NCBI GenBank assembly: GCA_976226885.1
Contig: OZ320315.1
Coordinates: 88,722,001 to 88,786,000 of the forward strand
Source: Iphione sp. A-MEVVRFRX5
Taxonomy: Eukaryota
Reading direction: 5' to 3'
Length of the DNA stretch: 64,000 nt
The position numbers and the translations under genes are program-made. Positions 25,813 through 39,110 of the stretch are shown in pieces. Under the pieces are notes generated by a model. The model had not been told where the DNA came from. It saw nothing but the letters and a program-made list of their open reading frames with translations, and did no database searches. How positions within the stretch are numbered: position 1 is the first letter of the stretch; each line of letters begins with the position of its first letter.

Positions 25813-28800
25813 GCGTGTATATATATGATTGCCCCTGTGGGTCGCTCTAGTGACAGACCTTGCTGTCCTGAGAAGGGATCAATATATTGAGTCACACCCC
25901 AAGCCTTAATCCTACCGACTGACATGTTCACTCACAGGTGAAGGTAAAGAAAAAAAGGACTAAGTGTGTCTTCCATCCTCATGTCCATCAAGCAGGAGAT
26001 TGTAGGGTTATGCGGACACGGCGCCTCTTTGGAAAGAGGCACAAAAGGCAGCAAGAAATGGCATGAGAAAGGCATACCCAAGTCGCTGTCATATTGGGTG
26101 AGGCTGTTAGACAACACCATGAAAAGACTTGGACAGTTCCATTTGTGTAGTCCAATAATATTGTGGGCTATGTCTTGGGTCCATTTAGATGTCTTGATGA
26201 TAATGGTTGGCGCCATAATAGGGTTGCCAAAAGTTGATTCATAATCAATGGATCTCGGGCACGGTTGGCTTCCCATAACTATAATCCAATAGAGATTTCC
26301 GACAGGAACGTATAACCATATACCTTCAACCTATCTTTAATTCGTTCTTCGAGCCGGCATTCTATGCGTGCCCGATAGAAATAAATGATTTTACTTGAGA
26401 TCTCGCTGTGTGTTATTGACTGTAAGACCCACTTTCACACGCTGGTATCGGCTGGAGACGCAACTGTGATCCTTTTAATCATGTAAGTGATTTCCTCTTC
26501 TTCTTCCACAATGTGGTAATTGATACAGATCGGGAACACTCAAAGATAAAGGATGGTTTGATGTATTTAATGGCGCCACCTAGTAGTATGTCTTCAGATC
26601 TGGCCGGGCGATCAGCCCTCTTACACACACACACACACGCACACACACATACAAGCACACCCACATACTGGCACACACAATGGGAAGGGGCACCGAACAC
26701 CACCACAATCTTCGAGATCACGCGGGCAGATTAGCCTCGAGTCGCGCTTGTCTCGTGGTATTCATCCATGGACAATAACCGTGGAGTATGCACTCATTAT
26801 CGCTCGCCGTCAAACTCGTACGAACGTCGCGACACATCGCGCGCCTAATTGGATAACAATTGTAGGTATTATATAGCATCATTAAAGCCAGCGGGGAAGA
26901 TGCAAGAGATACTGTTAGAGAACATGCAAACCATTCTTTCCTCCCGCCCCTTCTGCGCAATCCCTTCCCAGAAAAAAAGGACCTTCATTACTAGACATGC
27001 CTTTTATCGAAGCAATATCCGCTACAATGGCCGCGTTGTGTCATCGCTTGAATATATCACATCGGCGGGGGACACACACACGCACCCCCGGCAATGCCAT
27101 CTCGGCTAATGTAGGTCACAGTATTGGTTCCCCTACCAGGCGGGCAACCCCCCTCCCCATCACCCGCCGAGCACCACCGACAACTCCCGACGATCTGCTC
27201 CGAATCATAATGGCGGCCGTCCGGATGGCGGCGGCTTCTGGCCGCGCTCCGTCCCACACACGCCTCGCACACCCATACAAATTGCAATCATTGCTATGGA
27301 GATTGCGACGGCGCTGCCATCGATAGGCCTTACCTTGCGCCCCGCTGGATCGATATCTATAACAGAAAATACACATTTTTTTCCGAGCGGCTGAGGATTT
27401 GCCCCCGCCGCGCTCAGTATTAGACCAGCCTCTGTGAACCAGCAGAGTCGCCCGTTCTCTTAGCCGGATCCCTCTTCCAATGGACTCCCTCCGCGTTGAC
27501 GACCGTTGACTATTCCCTTTCCCACTCTACCCACTACAATGCTATTTGGGGAGGAAGAAAAGATTCCCATCTCAGGAGTAGTTCACCCCCCCGCCCCTCC
27601 CTCCCCCTAGCGTATAAGGCCACTGGATGGGTCTTATTCAGCTTGTTTAATAGGTCGGGGCGATCACCGCCTCCTCTCAGAGCTACGTCGTGACCTGTAA
27701 TGGTGCAGGAGGGGGGTCTGTGCTTGGTGTGTAAAGGCGTCAGACAGTAGTAAAGGCTTCCAGAGAACTACGGGTCACTGAATGCTATATTGACAAGACC
27801 CTGCAAGTCCATGTAGTGTCTGTGGTATTGACCTGTCAGCAGGCTCTCTCCTTGTTCGTGGTCATCCAAGTGGCTCTTCTAGATAAGCACTCGAGGCTCA
27901 GCAACTAGATCGCCCCCTATCGACAAAGGCTGCCATTCTCCTGCCCTCCACAGCCGCTCGAAAGACCTGTCGGTTGTGCTGCTCATTGGTTTAAAAGACT
28001 TCTTGGGCTGACTTTTCTTTTACCCCCAAATAAAGAAAAGCTATCTTGGAAAGAATCATAAGGTATAGACTTAAACCGACGACAGATATTACATTCAGAA
28101 GCATCACTCTTTACGAAGCACATGTACACTTCTTTTCATGCTATCGGCCCATAGTCCTATAGATGTCCTGTTGCGCCTAGTTTTTATGTTGCACATAAGC
28201 AAATAGATAATGGTAGGAAAATCTGTTATGAAGTTCTTTTAAGAAGTTTAATAGATTTTGATCTCTGATTTTGTCCTCTCGACATAGATTTGACGTTTTG
28301 CATCTTAGAGGTTCGCAAAAGTTGATGCCATCACCTGCTCCCGCGCTGAGAGCCTAGACATGTTTGATAGGCACCCCATCTGACACATTCGGGGCTGCTC
28401 TGATGCCCGTACACAAACAATCCATTAGGTTGCAATAGCAGAGTATCTCAGTGGAAAAGAGCACAGGCTTTTCCCAAATGGACACGCACTCTGAAGGCAT
28501 CAAGCCAATCATCTAAACGGTTCATATTAAAATGTTGTTGATGAGCACTTTCATGACAAAATGATCTTCCGAAAATGCCTGCAGTCTCGAACCCATTTAT
28601 CATACTATAGAAAAAATAATTATACATCATTTTTCCCATTTCTATTCCATTAAACTATTATAAACGTCCTGTATAATAGGTTTCTGATATATACATTTTC
28701 CTTGGCTCATGCCATACTTGCCTCACTCGGCTATTCGTTCACGGAATTGTATTAATGTACATATAATATTTGGTTTAATGTAGCAATATAGATGGGTGAT

Positions 28801-31800
28801 TATCCAGATGTATATTTCAAAAATAGGGGATTCCATTACTTAAGGCGAGTGGGGAAATTTCTAAGATCTAATCAATCACACCCTTGCCTGGAGTGTAAAT
28901 CAAATGAATACATCATGGGAAAAGTGATTGCCTGATCACGCCACCTGCCAGCCATTTCCAAATCGAATTCCGTAGACTTTCCTTCCCATTGTATCAGTTT
29001 GTTAACGCCGGGAGTATCAAATGAAGAAAAAAAAAACCCTTCCTTAAATACGAACTCTCAAATTCCCCATATATACCACTGTATTCTTTCAACGCAGGCG
29101 AGCTGCAAAACGGGAATGTATTGTAGAAGGCCGTCGGCTAACCTCCATACGTACGCGTGTTCCCGGACCCATGTTGTGTCTCCGCAAATTGGCCTCTTAC
29201 AGCGATGTTTCCGTCCGTGGGTCTGATGCATGCAAATGGTGTCTAAGTCGGTGGCGGGGCTATGTATCATCACAGGCAAGAGGCAACATGTACGAGTGAA
29301 TGGTCCTATTTCAGCAGTAAATACGCTTTCCCCCCGTCCAATGAAGGCATTGCAGGCATTCGTGTCCCCGTACCGCTAGGAATGTGTACAGTGCTATAAA
29401 CCAGTGGTGCGTTCAAATGTAATGCCCTCCATCATGTACCTATACTATGCTATTGTTGTTAAATGTGACTCTTGTGTGTTTCTTGTTTTTGAGAAGGAAA
29501 CCATGTTCTGTTGTAAATGGTATTTTACCCCGTGCTTACACAAGCCTACTGACAATGATCCATTTTTTCTCCTTAATGCAGCTTCTTATTGCCTTCTACC
29601 TTGTACCTTTACCCCTACAGACTTATCGGCTGATGCCGGCAGAGTTCTTCATGTGGACCATGTCAAAGCAGCCTCTGTAGGCAACAAAGCAAATGAGTCC
29701 ACACCTGGTAACAATCATTTTTTTCAACCTAGACTAACTAACCCAAATTAAACCTGTGCGTCTTGTCCCAATCACCTAGGCCTGCTCAATTGTGATGTAC
29801 TTCAGCTAACTATTAATTGTTCTTTAGTAATTAATTTGGTTATTTAATGGTTTTATTTTATTTTTTGACAATACTATGTATAAAAAATGTTAATTCTCAA
29901 ATATCTCACGTAATTTAAAGTGTAGATATCAAGCCAGCTTCCATAATATTCATGATAAAAAAAATTAGACGGATAGTTTCCAATATTTGCCGAAAAGGAA
30001 TGACAGTAGTTAAGTTCTCCTAGATTTGAATTGTTCTTTCACTTTTAGAAATAAATTGCCCTGTTAATCAATTAAGACTTTCTCTCTCACTCAGGACAAT
30101 GCATTCCCTTTAATCTATCAGCTATTAGGGTCAGCCGCCCTTTCGGTAGTACAAAATGTACCTTGCTGCTTTCTCTCTCTTACTCTCTAACACCCCCCCC
30201 CCGTCTTTCTGTTTCTTCCTCTTCCTCCTCGTCGCCATCTCTCCCTGTTCTGTATACACCACCCTCTGAAAAAGCCCCTCCTACGGGGGGGTGGGGCTGC
30301 TGTATTTGATATTCCCTGTGGGATTGAACACTGGGAGATATTTTATATGAGCGTGTCAGAGGGAACGAGGATGAGAGCCAGCCTTCGCTGAAGGTAGGGC
30401 CCTGGCCTTAGTGAGATGATGGAGACTGTTCGTTACGGTCTTCGCCGCTGGCGGCGCTCATGGCCACACGCGGCTGGCGCGGCTTGCAGAACTCTCAATC
30501 TAAGAGTATATTTGCGTGATATGGCGTCCTCCTATCTTTGTAGTTACCAATGCCCTGGAACCAATCTAGACAAGATCGAAAAATTATCGTTGATTTATGG
30601 CATAAAACATATTGTCAAGATAGAGATAAAAAGCATTTTTATCAGCAATAAAAATATTCAATGGTCAACAAAGTTCACACTAAAACAATAGTAATAAAAA
30701 TAAAACGTTACCCTCATTTGTTTTTCATTGTTTTCAGATGTTCTTTTAGAGTCTGATAGAGACCAGCATATATAAAACCTGTAGTCGCATCTTCATGAAC
30801 TCCCTATTAAAAATTAATCTGAAAAATATCATTCCCAAAGTTAGTACCGAAACAAGGTCTGATGTAACTAATACCTTTCCAAAGAGATATTAAAACTCAT
30901 CGAGAGAATGAACATCACATTATCTCATTTTTTTCAACTTTTGGTCGCAGCTATATGTGAAACAAACCAATCATTTGTCTTGAACTTCCCATGTTGAAAT
31001 CTTTCAATTACAGACTATTGATGCTCGTTGCCTTCTATGTGAACGCCTTCCGATGAACTTTGGACGTTGCATGTTTGCCATGGTGTGTCTTGTGAATTAC
31101 ATCCCAACCCTTGGTGTGCATGCTTTTATACATATATCTTCTTTCAGGAAGGAACTGCGCTGCGCGAATAGAGAAGCGCGGAGGAGGAAGAAGGTCAAAC
31201 AAAGAAACTGTGATATGTCACGGGAGCAGATCCACCCAGTTTTATATGCATTTACATGTCACGATAGAGTTTCTGTTTTCGCCTTTTGTTACATTAACGG
31301 ATACGTGCGTCCTATTCTGCATGGGCGGGCATAATTACAGCTGCCAAATGTTAAAACATGTACAGCAGTAAACCTCATATCCTACAGCTTTGGATGCCAA
31401 AATCAAGTGGAACTCAGGTAAGTATTCGTTTATTTATATGCCCAAGTAGTGAATGTCAAATGATTCAATATATACGTCATGAAATGCTACGAATATAGTA
31501 TCTTCTTTTTTCACTTACAGTGTCTCAAATTAAAGGAAGTGGGTGGGCGACAATGTGTATTCACATTCGTGTACATGTATATGTATCTGTAGGCTATGTG
31601 CATTCCACGAGGAACGAAAATCTCATAGAAATGGTGGAAAACAAATGCCGTTTCAGCAGAGAAATGAAAAGGTGGAACTGAGCTGTAGAAGTCCTTAACA
31701 ATAACAGGAGTGGGGAAAAAACCACAATCGCGGAAGAGTTTTACCTTTTAATTCCTTCTACCTGGCTGTGTGCCAGCAGTTGTATGATGTCAGGGAGAGC

Positions 31801-33906
31801 CATTGGAGCTTAGATTATTAAAGCTGGGAGAAATGCCGGCTCGGACGAAGATCAATAACATTATAGGAGACACGAAGCCAAGCCGGCATAACCATAGATA
31901 TGACGGACTTCACATGGCAAATTGAGCAGCTCTGATAGAAGTATACCCTCTACGGCATAATCTTGAAGCTAACGATATGTTTTGTTCATCACCTTCACAG
32001 TTACGTAGCTAAATGAGGCATCCGGACAAATGGACAAATCTTCAATTCACAAACTTCTATTACTACTGGTACTTAGATTTTTGTTCCCCACTGGATTCGA
32101 GAACTAGAGCCCTTTGTTTGTTAAGAGGCAGTGTTGAACGAAAAGCCCTCCCTATGAAAGAGGGAAGCCCAGTTGGCCCGATGAGGCGACTCGGGGGACA
32201 CGTAAATCCTGACACCACCACGCCATAGTGCACGAGGTGGAGGGGCGGAGGGGGGTATGGCCCGCCTAGAAATGACTTTCCCTTGGGGCCTGCCACTCTT
32301 ATCACACAGACCCCTTTCTGATAGGGCGGCCCCTTCAGCCCAAGTCAAATGAAAATCATATTTTCTGCCTGTTCATTCCACTGAGAAATTGCCTCATTAA
32401 ATCCCGCTGACCCGAGCGGCCTTATGCTTACGGCGAGCGAGAAGCCTACATGGGCTCAAGGTGGAAGCATGGAAGAGGCCGGACATCTGGGGCTGATTTG
32501 CCTTCATGCGATGATGCCCATGTTCGGTATTATATAAATAGCTGAAAGGAAAAGAGAACAGACTATGTCAATGTCTGCTGGGCTGCAGAACTACTGCATG
32601 TTTAACTGTGATGTTGCAATCGGCAACGAAAGGGAGGGGATTTGTCGTTAATGAGGAATATTTGAAATGGTTGGGCTTTCACGGGAATGAAATAAGCCCC
32701 TGGCAATCTCAACTGCTTTGTTTGGACTGCGCCGGCTTTAATTTAGTATGAAAACAATATTAATTGCATCGTGTGACTAGTTGGTGCAGATCTTCAGCCG
32801 CAGCCCGGCGCCTGAGAGTGAATCGGGCTGTGTTCAAATGATGTTGATCATACCAATAGCTGGAAATGTTCCTCTACAGAAATCCCGTATTAACCTCTTC
32901 CATTCGAACCTCGTTGGGCATTGTAACTTTACTCCTACCGGTAACGCAAGCCCTGCAGCTCCTGCCACGCTTGCGGGCCCCCAACAAGTGACCTTGGCCA
33001 CTAATACCTTGATTTGAATCCTGCCAAAAAAGGCCTGGATTAATTCCCAGTCATAGACCGGAATATGGACCTAGCCACCGTGCGGGTTTCCATTATCAGG
33101 GAAAAGTAATCAGATCGGAATCGGGAAGTTACCAACACCGAATCGTGGCCGTGCCTTTTTCTCTTTGCGAAATAACCCATCCAGCGTAGTTATGAGCAAA
33201 CGGTACGGGGGTTAAAGATGAGTCTTAGTCTGCTTGGCATATGATGGTTCGTCCTACAGCGTGAACTGCTGTATTGTTTATAGGCAGTTACTATTTACAG
33301 ACGTATAAATTATCAACTTGGCCTTGAAATGGAAGGCCCTTAAGGGGGCAAGCAAGGCCCCACCCCACCCCACACAAAGACACACACACACACACACTCC
33401 CTGAATGTTCACTGAGTAGTGTGGCATGGAGGTATAAACTGTCGTAATTTACGATGGCGTCGTAGGGAGTGTCGTGCCGGCACGATCGTGAGAACCCCCT
33501 CGGCGACTCCCTCCCCCCACCCCTTCTTGACGTCTGTGTTGTAAGGGCAAGCAGACTCCTACCGATAGCAACCCGGCACCCAGCGCACCGGGTTTTCAGT
33601 AGGCTGACGGATGCCTTGCCCAGGCGACAAAGTGGGCCGGGCGTCAGGAGGTGTTAGCCGGAGGGGACTGGATGTACTTAAGTTGGTCCCCAAGCCCCCA
33701 GGCGAGCCCCACCCGCCCAATATGTCACTCGGTCGACGCGGGAGAGGAGCTGCATGGCCACCGTTTTCTTCGCCCTTCTCGACCTTTCCCATTTGAAGGA
33801 CCCAGATTTACCACCAGCGCCAAAACGAAGGGTCTTTGTTCGACAGGGTCCTTTTCCTGCTTAAAATCCCCTCCCCCTCTTTCCTCCTGTACCGTGTTGC
33901 GCCAGG

Positions 33907-33949
33907 TCTCTCCTCTCTCTCCCCCTCCCTCTCTCTCTCTTTCACTCTC

Positions 33950-34002
<53 letters not shown>

Positions 34003-34017
34003 ATCTCACCTCTCTCT
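33907..34017. repeat. Imperfect (CT)n microsatellite
   Basis: Direct reading. Confidence 0.9.
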
Positions 34018-37000
34018 ATACTGTTGCCTCCTCCGTGATATACTTTGTAATAGCGTCAGACTCCCTGCACCTCCAGTGAAAAAAAAACGCACGTCACGCT
34101 TTACGTTTTGCCTAAGCTGCATGAAATCTAATTGCTCCGAGAGGCGATGCTGATGGAGAGGTACATTAATTGCGGCGACGGGTGACTGATTCTTCGTAGG
34201 ATCCACCCCGACACCACTAAAACCTAACCTTGCAGGGCAGGTCTGGCCCTGAAGCCTTAGGAGGGGTCTTGTGCCGCCTTTTGCTTCCAGTCGCCTTCAT
34301 TCACAGTCGCCACCGACCCAGGGCTTTGACAGATGACCAAGTTAGCAATTAGAAGTGGCATGAATCATGGCTGCATTGCTGTTGACACCTCAATCAAACT
34401 GCTGCCATAAATTACCCCTTCCACCTCGGCGAGTGCTATGAACTTCGGGGACCGTGCAACCGACCCAGACGCTTTTGTACCACTTATAATGTGCCTTTTT
34501 TTTGGCGTATGCCTCGACTACATATTGCCTCGAGTCATATCACTCATGATATTTCTAATGGCAACCCCGCAACGCGTATTGGTGGAAAAGAAAATTGCAG
34601 TTTTCCATTTCAACCCACAGGATGCATGAGCAGCACGTTGAGGTTCCTCCCCAGGTCCGTATCTAATATACACTAGTGGGCGGGATGCCCCGGGGCTAGA
34701 GAAGATGGTAGAGAAAGTCAAACAGAATGATGGATGCCGTAGCTAAATGCAGGACTACAGGCGGCAACAAGAAGCATGATAATGGTCTTATTCTAAGCCC
34801 CAACTCTAGGCAAAACTTATCACTTTTCGGTGACCGGAATCTACATCCTGATAATATGTGGTGGGGAAGATTGCAGAAGCAACGCAAGACTTAATTCAAT
34901 AGGGTTTATGACTTCAAAGCGAACTCGTAAGCATTCCTTTGCTACCTTATAACATGATAGGCTCTTACAAATCCCCAGTGTAGGAATGAAAAGAGCCTTT
35001 GCGTCTAAGGAGAACGTTATGTTCTTTGCGGTATTTTCCTCCATATGATACTTGCGGTCCGAGGGGAAAATGCGACGGTCAGCAAATGTCAGCGTGATGC
35101 GAGAAACTCTCCCTCACTAATGGATGGATATTATCTATAAATACATGTACATATATAAAAGAGAGTGTATGTTTGCAAACGTCTTTGCAACACTTTCGCT
35201 TGCGGCCTCCTAATTTGAATGTTGCAAGTTTGATAATTGAAGGGTTGGGCCCCACATTCCCGCTTGGCACGTCATGGAGCTTGTCGACGAATACTGCTCA
35301 TGACACATCGTGGTTGGCCTCGTCAGTGTTCATCCATTACAGTTGAACCGTTCGCCTGTCATTTTTCCTGCTCAATTTAATGGATATCAGAGAGTATCAC
35401 TGATAATGTTGTAATTAAAACAGATCAATACTCCCGAAGGCAACACGGCTGCCTAAATAAATATTCCATATCTCGTCATAAAATCCCGGGGCTTGCACCG
35501 AGCAGTGATAATTATTTGGGAAATCACGTGCATGGCATGGGAATAATCTCTTTCCTAAAAGTATGTTACATGTACATGTAAATTTCCCATTCTCTCAGGA
35601 AAAGATGGAGCTGGAAACAAATTATAGATTGATATCTATTGAAATACTGTAGCAACTCACCCTACGCATAATTCAGGCAGAAGGACAACTCAGAACGAAG
35701 GGCAGTTTGGCAGCCCAAGTACTCATTGATAGATAGGAAAAAAAGATCTTCAATTAAGGCCACCTCCAGTTTAAGGCCAGAATTAGCTTGACCCTCCAGT
35801 GGTCGTATTGGAGCATTTCGACTGTATATATGTGTCTTTAAAAAACAGAGACACGTAAATAGAGAAAAGCAACGACGGTTCCCAAATGCGTACACTCCGT
35901 CTATAATCTCTAATTTCTATGTATCTATACCGCATTGAATACCAATAGGATGATGGGGAGAAGGACCTTGACACGCGGCCAAGGTTATCCCGCCAAAACA
36001 CACTGCTTTCTTTGATCATCGTCATCACCTGTCCCACGGAAGCCTTCAATGACGGTGGGACCAGAGGGACTCCGCGTTTACTATCCGCCTGGCGGCGTAG
36101 GGGGCTAATAGAGGGGCAATGGTGAAGGTAGGGGTCCCAGGTGGCGACGCCCACGTTCTTGCCTTTATCCACACCTTATGGGAGAAGGTCAAGATGCAGG
36201 TGACCCACATCCATGGTTGTTTTGAAATTTTTTAAAGCCCCCTCCAGGTTATATAGGTAGCCTCGCTCCATACTGTTTTAGATTGTTTCACACTTCTGGT
36301 GTTGTAAAGGGAGAATGCCCAGGGTAAAAAAAACGTATACACGAAGGAGATAATATACGTAAATAAGAAAAGATGGACCCCGTCTGACACACCGACAAGT
36401 ACCCTTGGCGCTTCCACCAATTAAGCAGTCCGGCATGGTGCTTATATAGACAGATTATCCGCCCGCCTTGCGCGACGTCTGGCGGGGACTAGAAGCAGAC
36501 TTGAAACCACCTGATACTGAGACTATTGGATTAAACACGGCCTGGAGACGATGGGCTCGTCGTCGTCGTCGTCGTCGAAGTCGACGTTCCCGCATCTCCC
36601 TCTGCCAGCCCCCCTCAAGTTACGCGCACGATGTTACATCGCTGGCTACATATTAAGCTACAATATTGCAGCAGGTCCGTTCTGTCAGGCAGCTCCAGGG
36701 CAAGCATTTAGTAGTCAAGAAAGGGGTGCTCTCGTTCCGAGTGGATCCCCGTCCCTCCACCACGCAACACTGTACAGTAATAACCCATTCCAACAGCGAT
36801 GGCCGCCTACCTCGCCGCTGCCGCCTTGGCTTTCGCCGCCAGGTATAACGGTTTATTACTAATTCTCAGCCGTGTTTAATGTTCAGCATCAAATTACGAG
36901 CCATGAATTTTACATAGTGATTAGGAGAAGCTGTGCAGCCATAGGGAGCTGGTGAAGGGGATCGATAGGTGCAGCGGACGGCAACGAGGGGCCTGTGCTT

Positions 37001-39096
37001 CGCCGGGCGGCCGGCAGGGTAGGCGGCAACACCCGTCGGATTGGGAGGGGGGGGGGCCCTCCGGGTCGCAGCCGGAGCTATGGTCATTCTAATTTCCCTT
37101 GGGGTTTTTCTCTGTTCCCAGCTGTGTATCTTACTGACTATGCCCCCACTGCTTTAGAATACCTAAACAGGTAGCGGTCATGTCAAGAGATGAATTTATG
37201 AATAGTGCAACCGAGCCGTTGACTTGTTATGTAATGCATGTGTTGTCAGCCAGCACCTTGCTTCATTGACATAAGTCACCGAGGTTGATGGGAGGCCTTA
37301 ATGGCGATTAATCTAGGAAACATTATGCTAATGCAGTTCGTTAATGTCGAATAAATATGGCATGCCAAAGAGACATTTAATTAAGAGCCTCTTAGCTCAG
37401 GTCGGACCAAAGCAAGAAAATGCTAACAATCCAGACCAGAATAGGTACTTATAATAATGAAGGTACTTACTGACTGTCAGTTTTATGGGCGTGTTTTGTT
37501 TCAATTTATGCCCTGAAAGAAAGTGTTACTTAATGAGAGCCCAGGAAGTGCAACGGTAATCAAGCCTTTTTTGCTACACCGTCCCGCCCGTGTCGTCGGT
37601 AGTGATTTCAAAAGAAACTGTTTATGTTCCTCTCTGCACACCCACCGCTTGCTTCATCCCACGCAGATAAAACTTACATTGTAAAATAATCTGATATCAG
37701 CGGACATAGTGAAAAAAAGGGGAAAATATCATATTCCAATCAATCAGCTTGCCCTTAATGGATTTCAAAGGAAGGAAAGAATGCAGTAGAGATGCTCTCC
37801 TTCTTGCTTGCGCCTGATCTAGGCACGATAGAGACCAAGCATCTTCTTGATGTTTCACTTAGAGGCGAGATTTTTAAAAGAAAACGGGAGAGGAAAAGAA
37901 CTCCACTGTTGTAGCTAGACTCGCGTGTTGAAAAGAGGACTTGAGTCAATATTAGCTGGTGCCAGTTTCATTGTAACCACTCACAACCCCCTCCCCCGTG
38001 CGTGCCTGTAGCGCACCTTACATGGCATTTCTATATAGTCTCCCCCTTTCCCTTCACGCACCTTCCAGCGTTACCATATGGTGGTGGATAGCCACTGCAT
38101 CTCACCTGGCCATCTCACCTGGCCCTTCCCCCCTGGCTTTGCACTTGCAGGTGCAGGAGTCCCTGCCGTTGGCTCGTATCGATCGGGTGTTAACACGTGC
38201 CTTTTTAGATCTTTACCATGTTAACCAGCCAGGTTTACAAAAGGCAATCGATGCAGTGTGCCATGACCGGCGGCCACCACGCACACTGGACGCCGCGCCA
38301 ACGACCCGATGAGGTGGGCGAATTTTTTGGCTTGCATTACATATATCTTATTAGGCTATACATTATTCAGACTGAGCTAAGGATATTGGCAGCACGGCGC
38401 CTGTGCGAAAACAAGGGAAGAGATAAGGGGCTACAAGATATAGTTTATGTTCTTGGCGATGCTAATTATCTGGCTTCTAATTTAAATGCATATACATGTA
38501 TTGCTATTCAAACAGTTTGATTACATCACATAATGCAATTCATTTTCTGAACATAGTTCTGTAAAAATTTATGGTTCGTATAAGGAGATATGACTGCTTA
38601 TTCATGTAATATATATATTAATGTGCACGACAGTATGTATCCATGCATTTTTCAGTAGATTGTGTACAATCTGGCATTAGGCGCTAATCTCCCTGATATC
38701 CAGACGGTGATTAAAACTGTTGCCAGAACCTGCTCCGGCTCGGCCGCGCCTGTATAGAGGGCGTTGCTCGTCGTTTCGGGAAAGGCTCCGAGCCGCGGGG
38801 CTGGCTGATACGCTTCTATCCCTTGTTATTAAGCCTCTACTTGCGCCATCAGTGCAGGGGACCCGTCTATGTCAAACCAACCTGAAAATCCCGCATGCAA
38901 GCCAGGGTTGCATTGGCTTCCTCACGCTGGCCTCAAGTGCTCTACCAAAGGCCCCTCTTCTAAAGACTTCATTCACAGCTCCGCACGGGCAGAGGCATCC
39001 AGCAACCCAGTTCCCACACGGATAACTCGAAGGAAGGGGTGGGGGGGGAAGGGGGGAGCACCCGCTGTCTACAGTGCCACCTTGTTCCACTCACTA

Positions 39097-39110
39097 GTTG
39101 CCATAGCAAC
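39097..39110. promoter_or_regulatory. RFX/DAF-19 X-box motif GTTGCCATAGCAAC
   Basis: 14-bp near-palindrome, one base from the perfect GTTGCCATGGCAAC X-box. Confidence 0.6.

Noticed and set aside
32277-32288. TTTCCCTTGGGG (also at 37093-37104), resembling a COE/EBF site
   Set aside because: One mismatch to the consensus and only two copies; cannot be distinguished from background.
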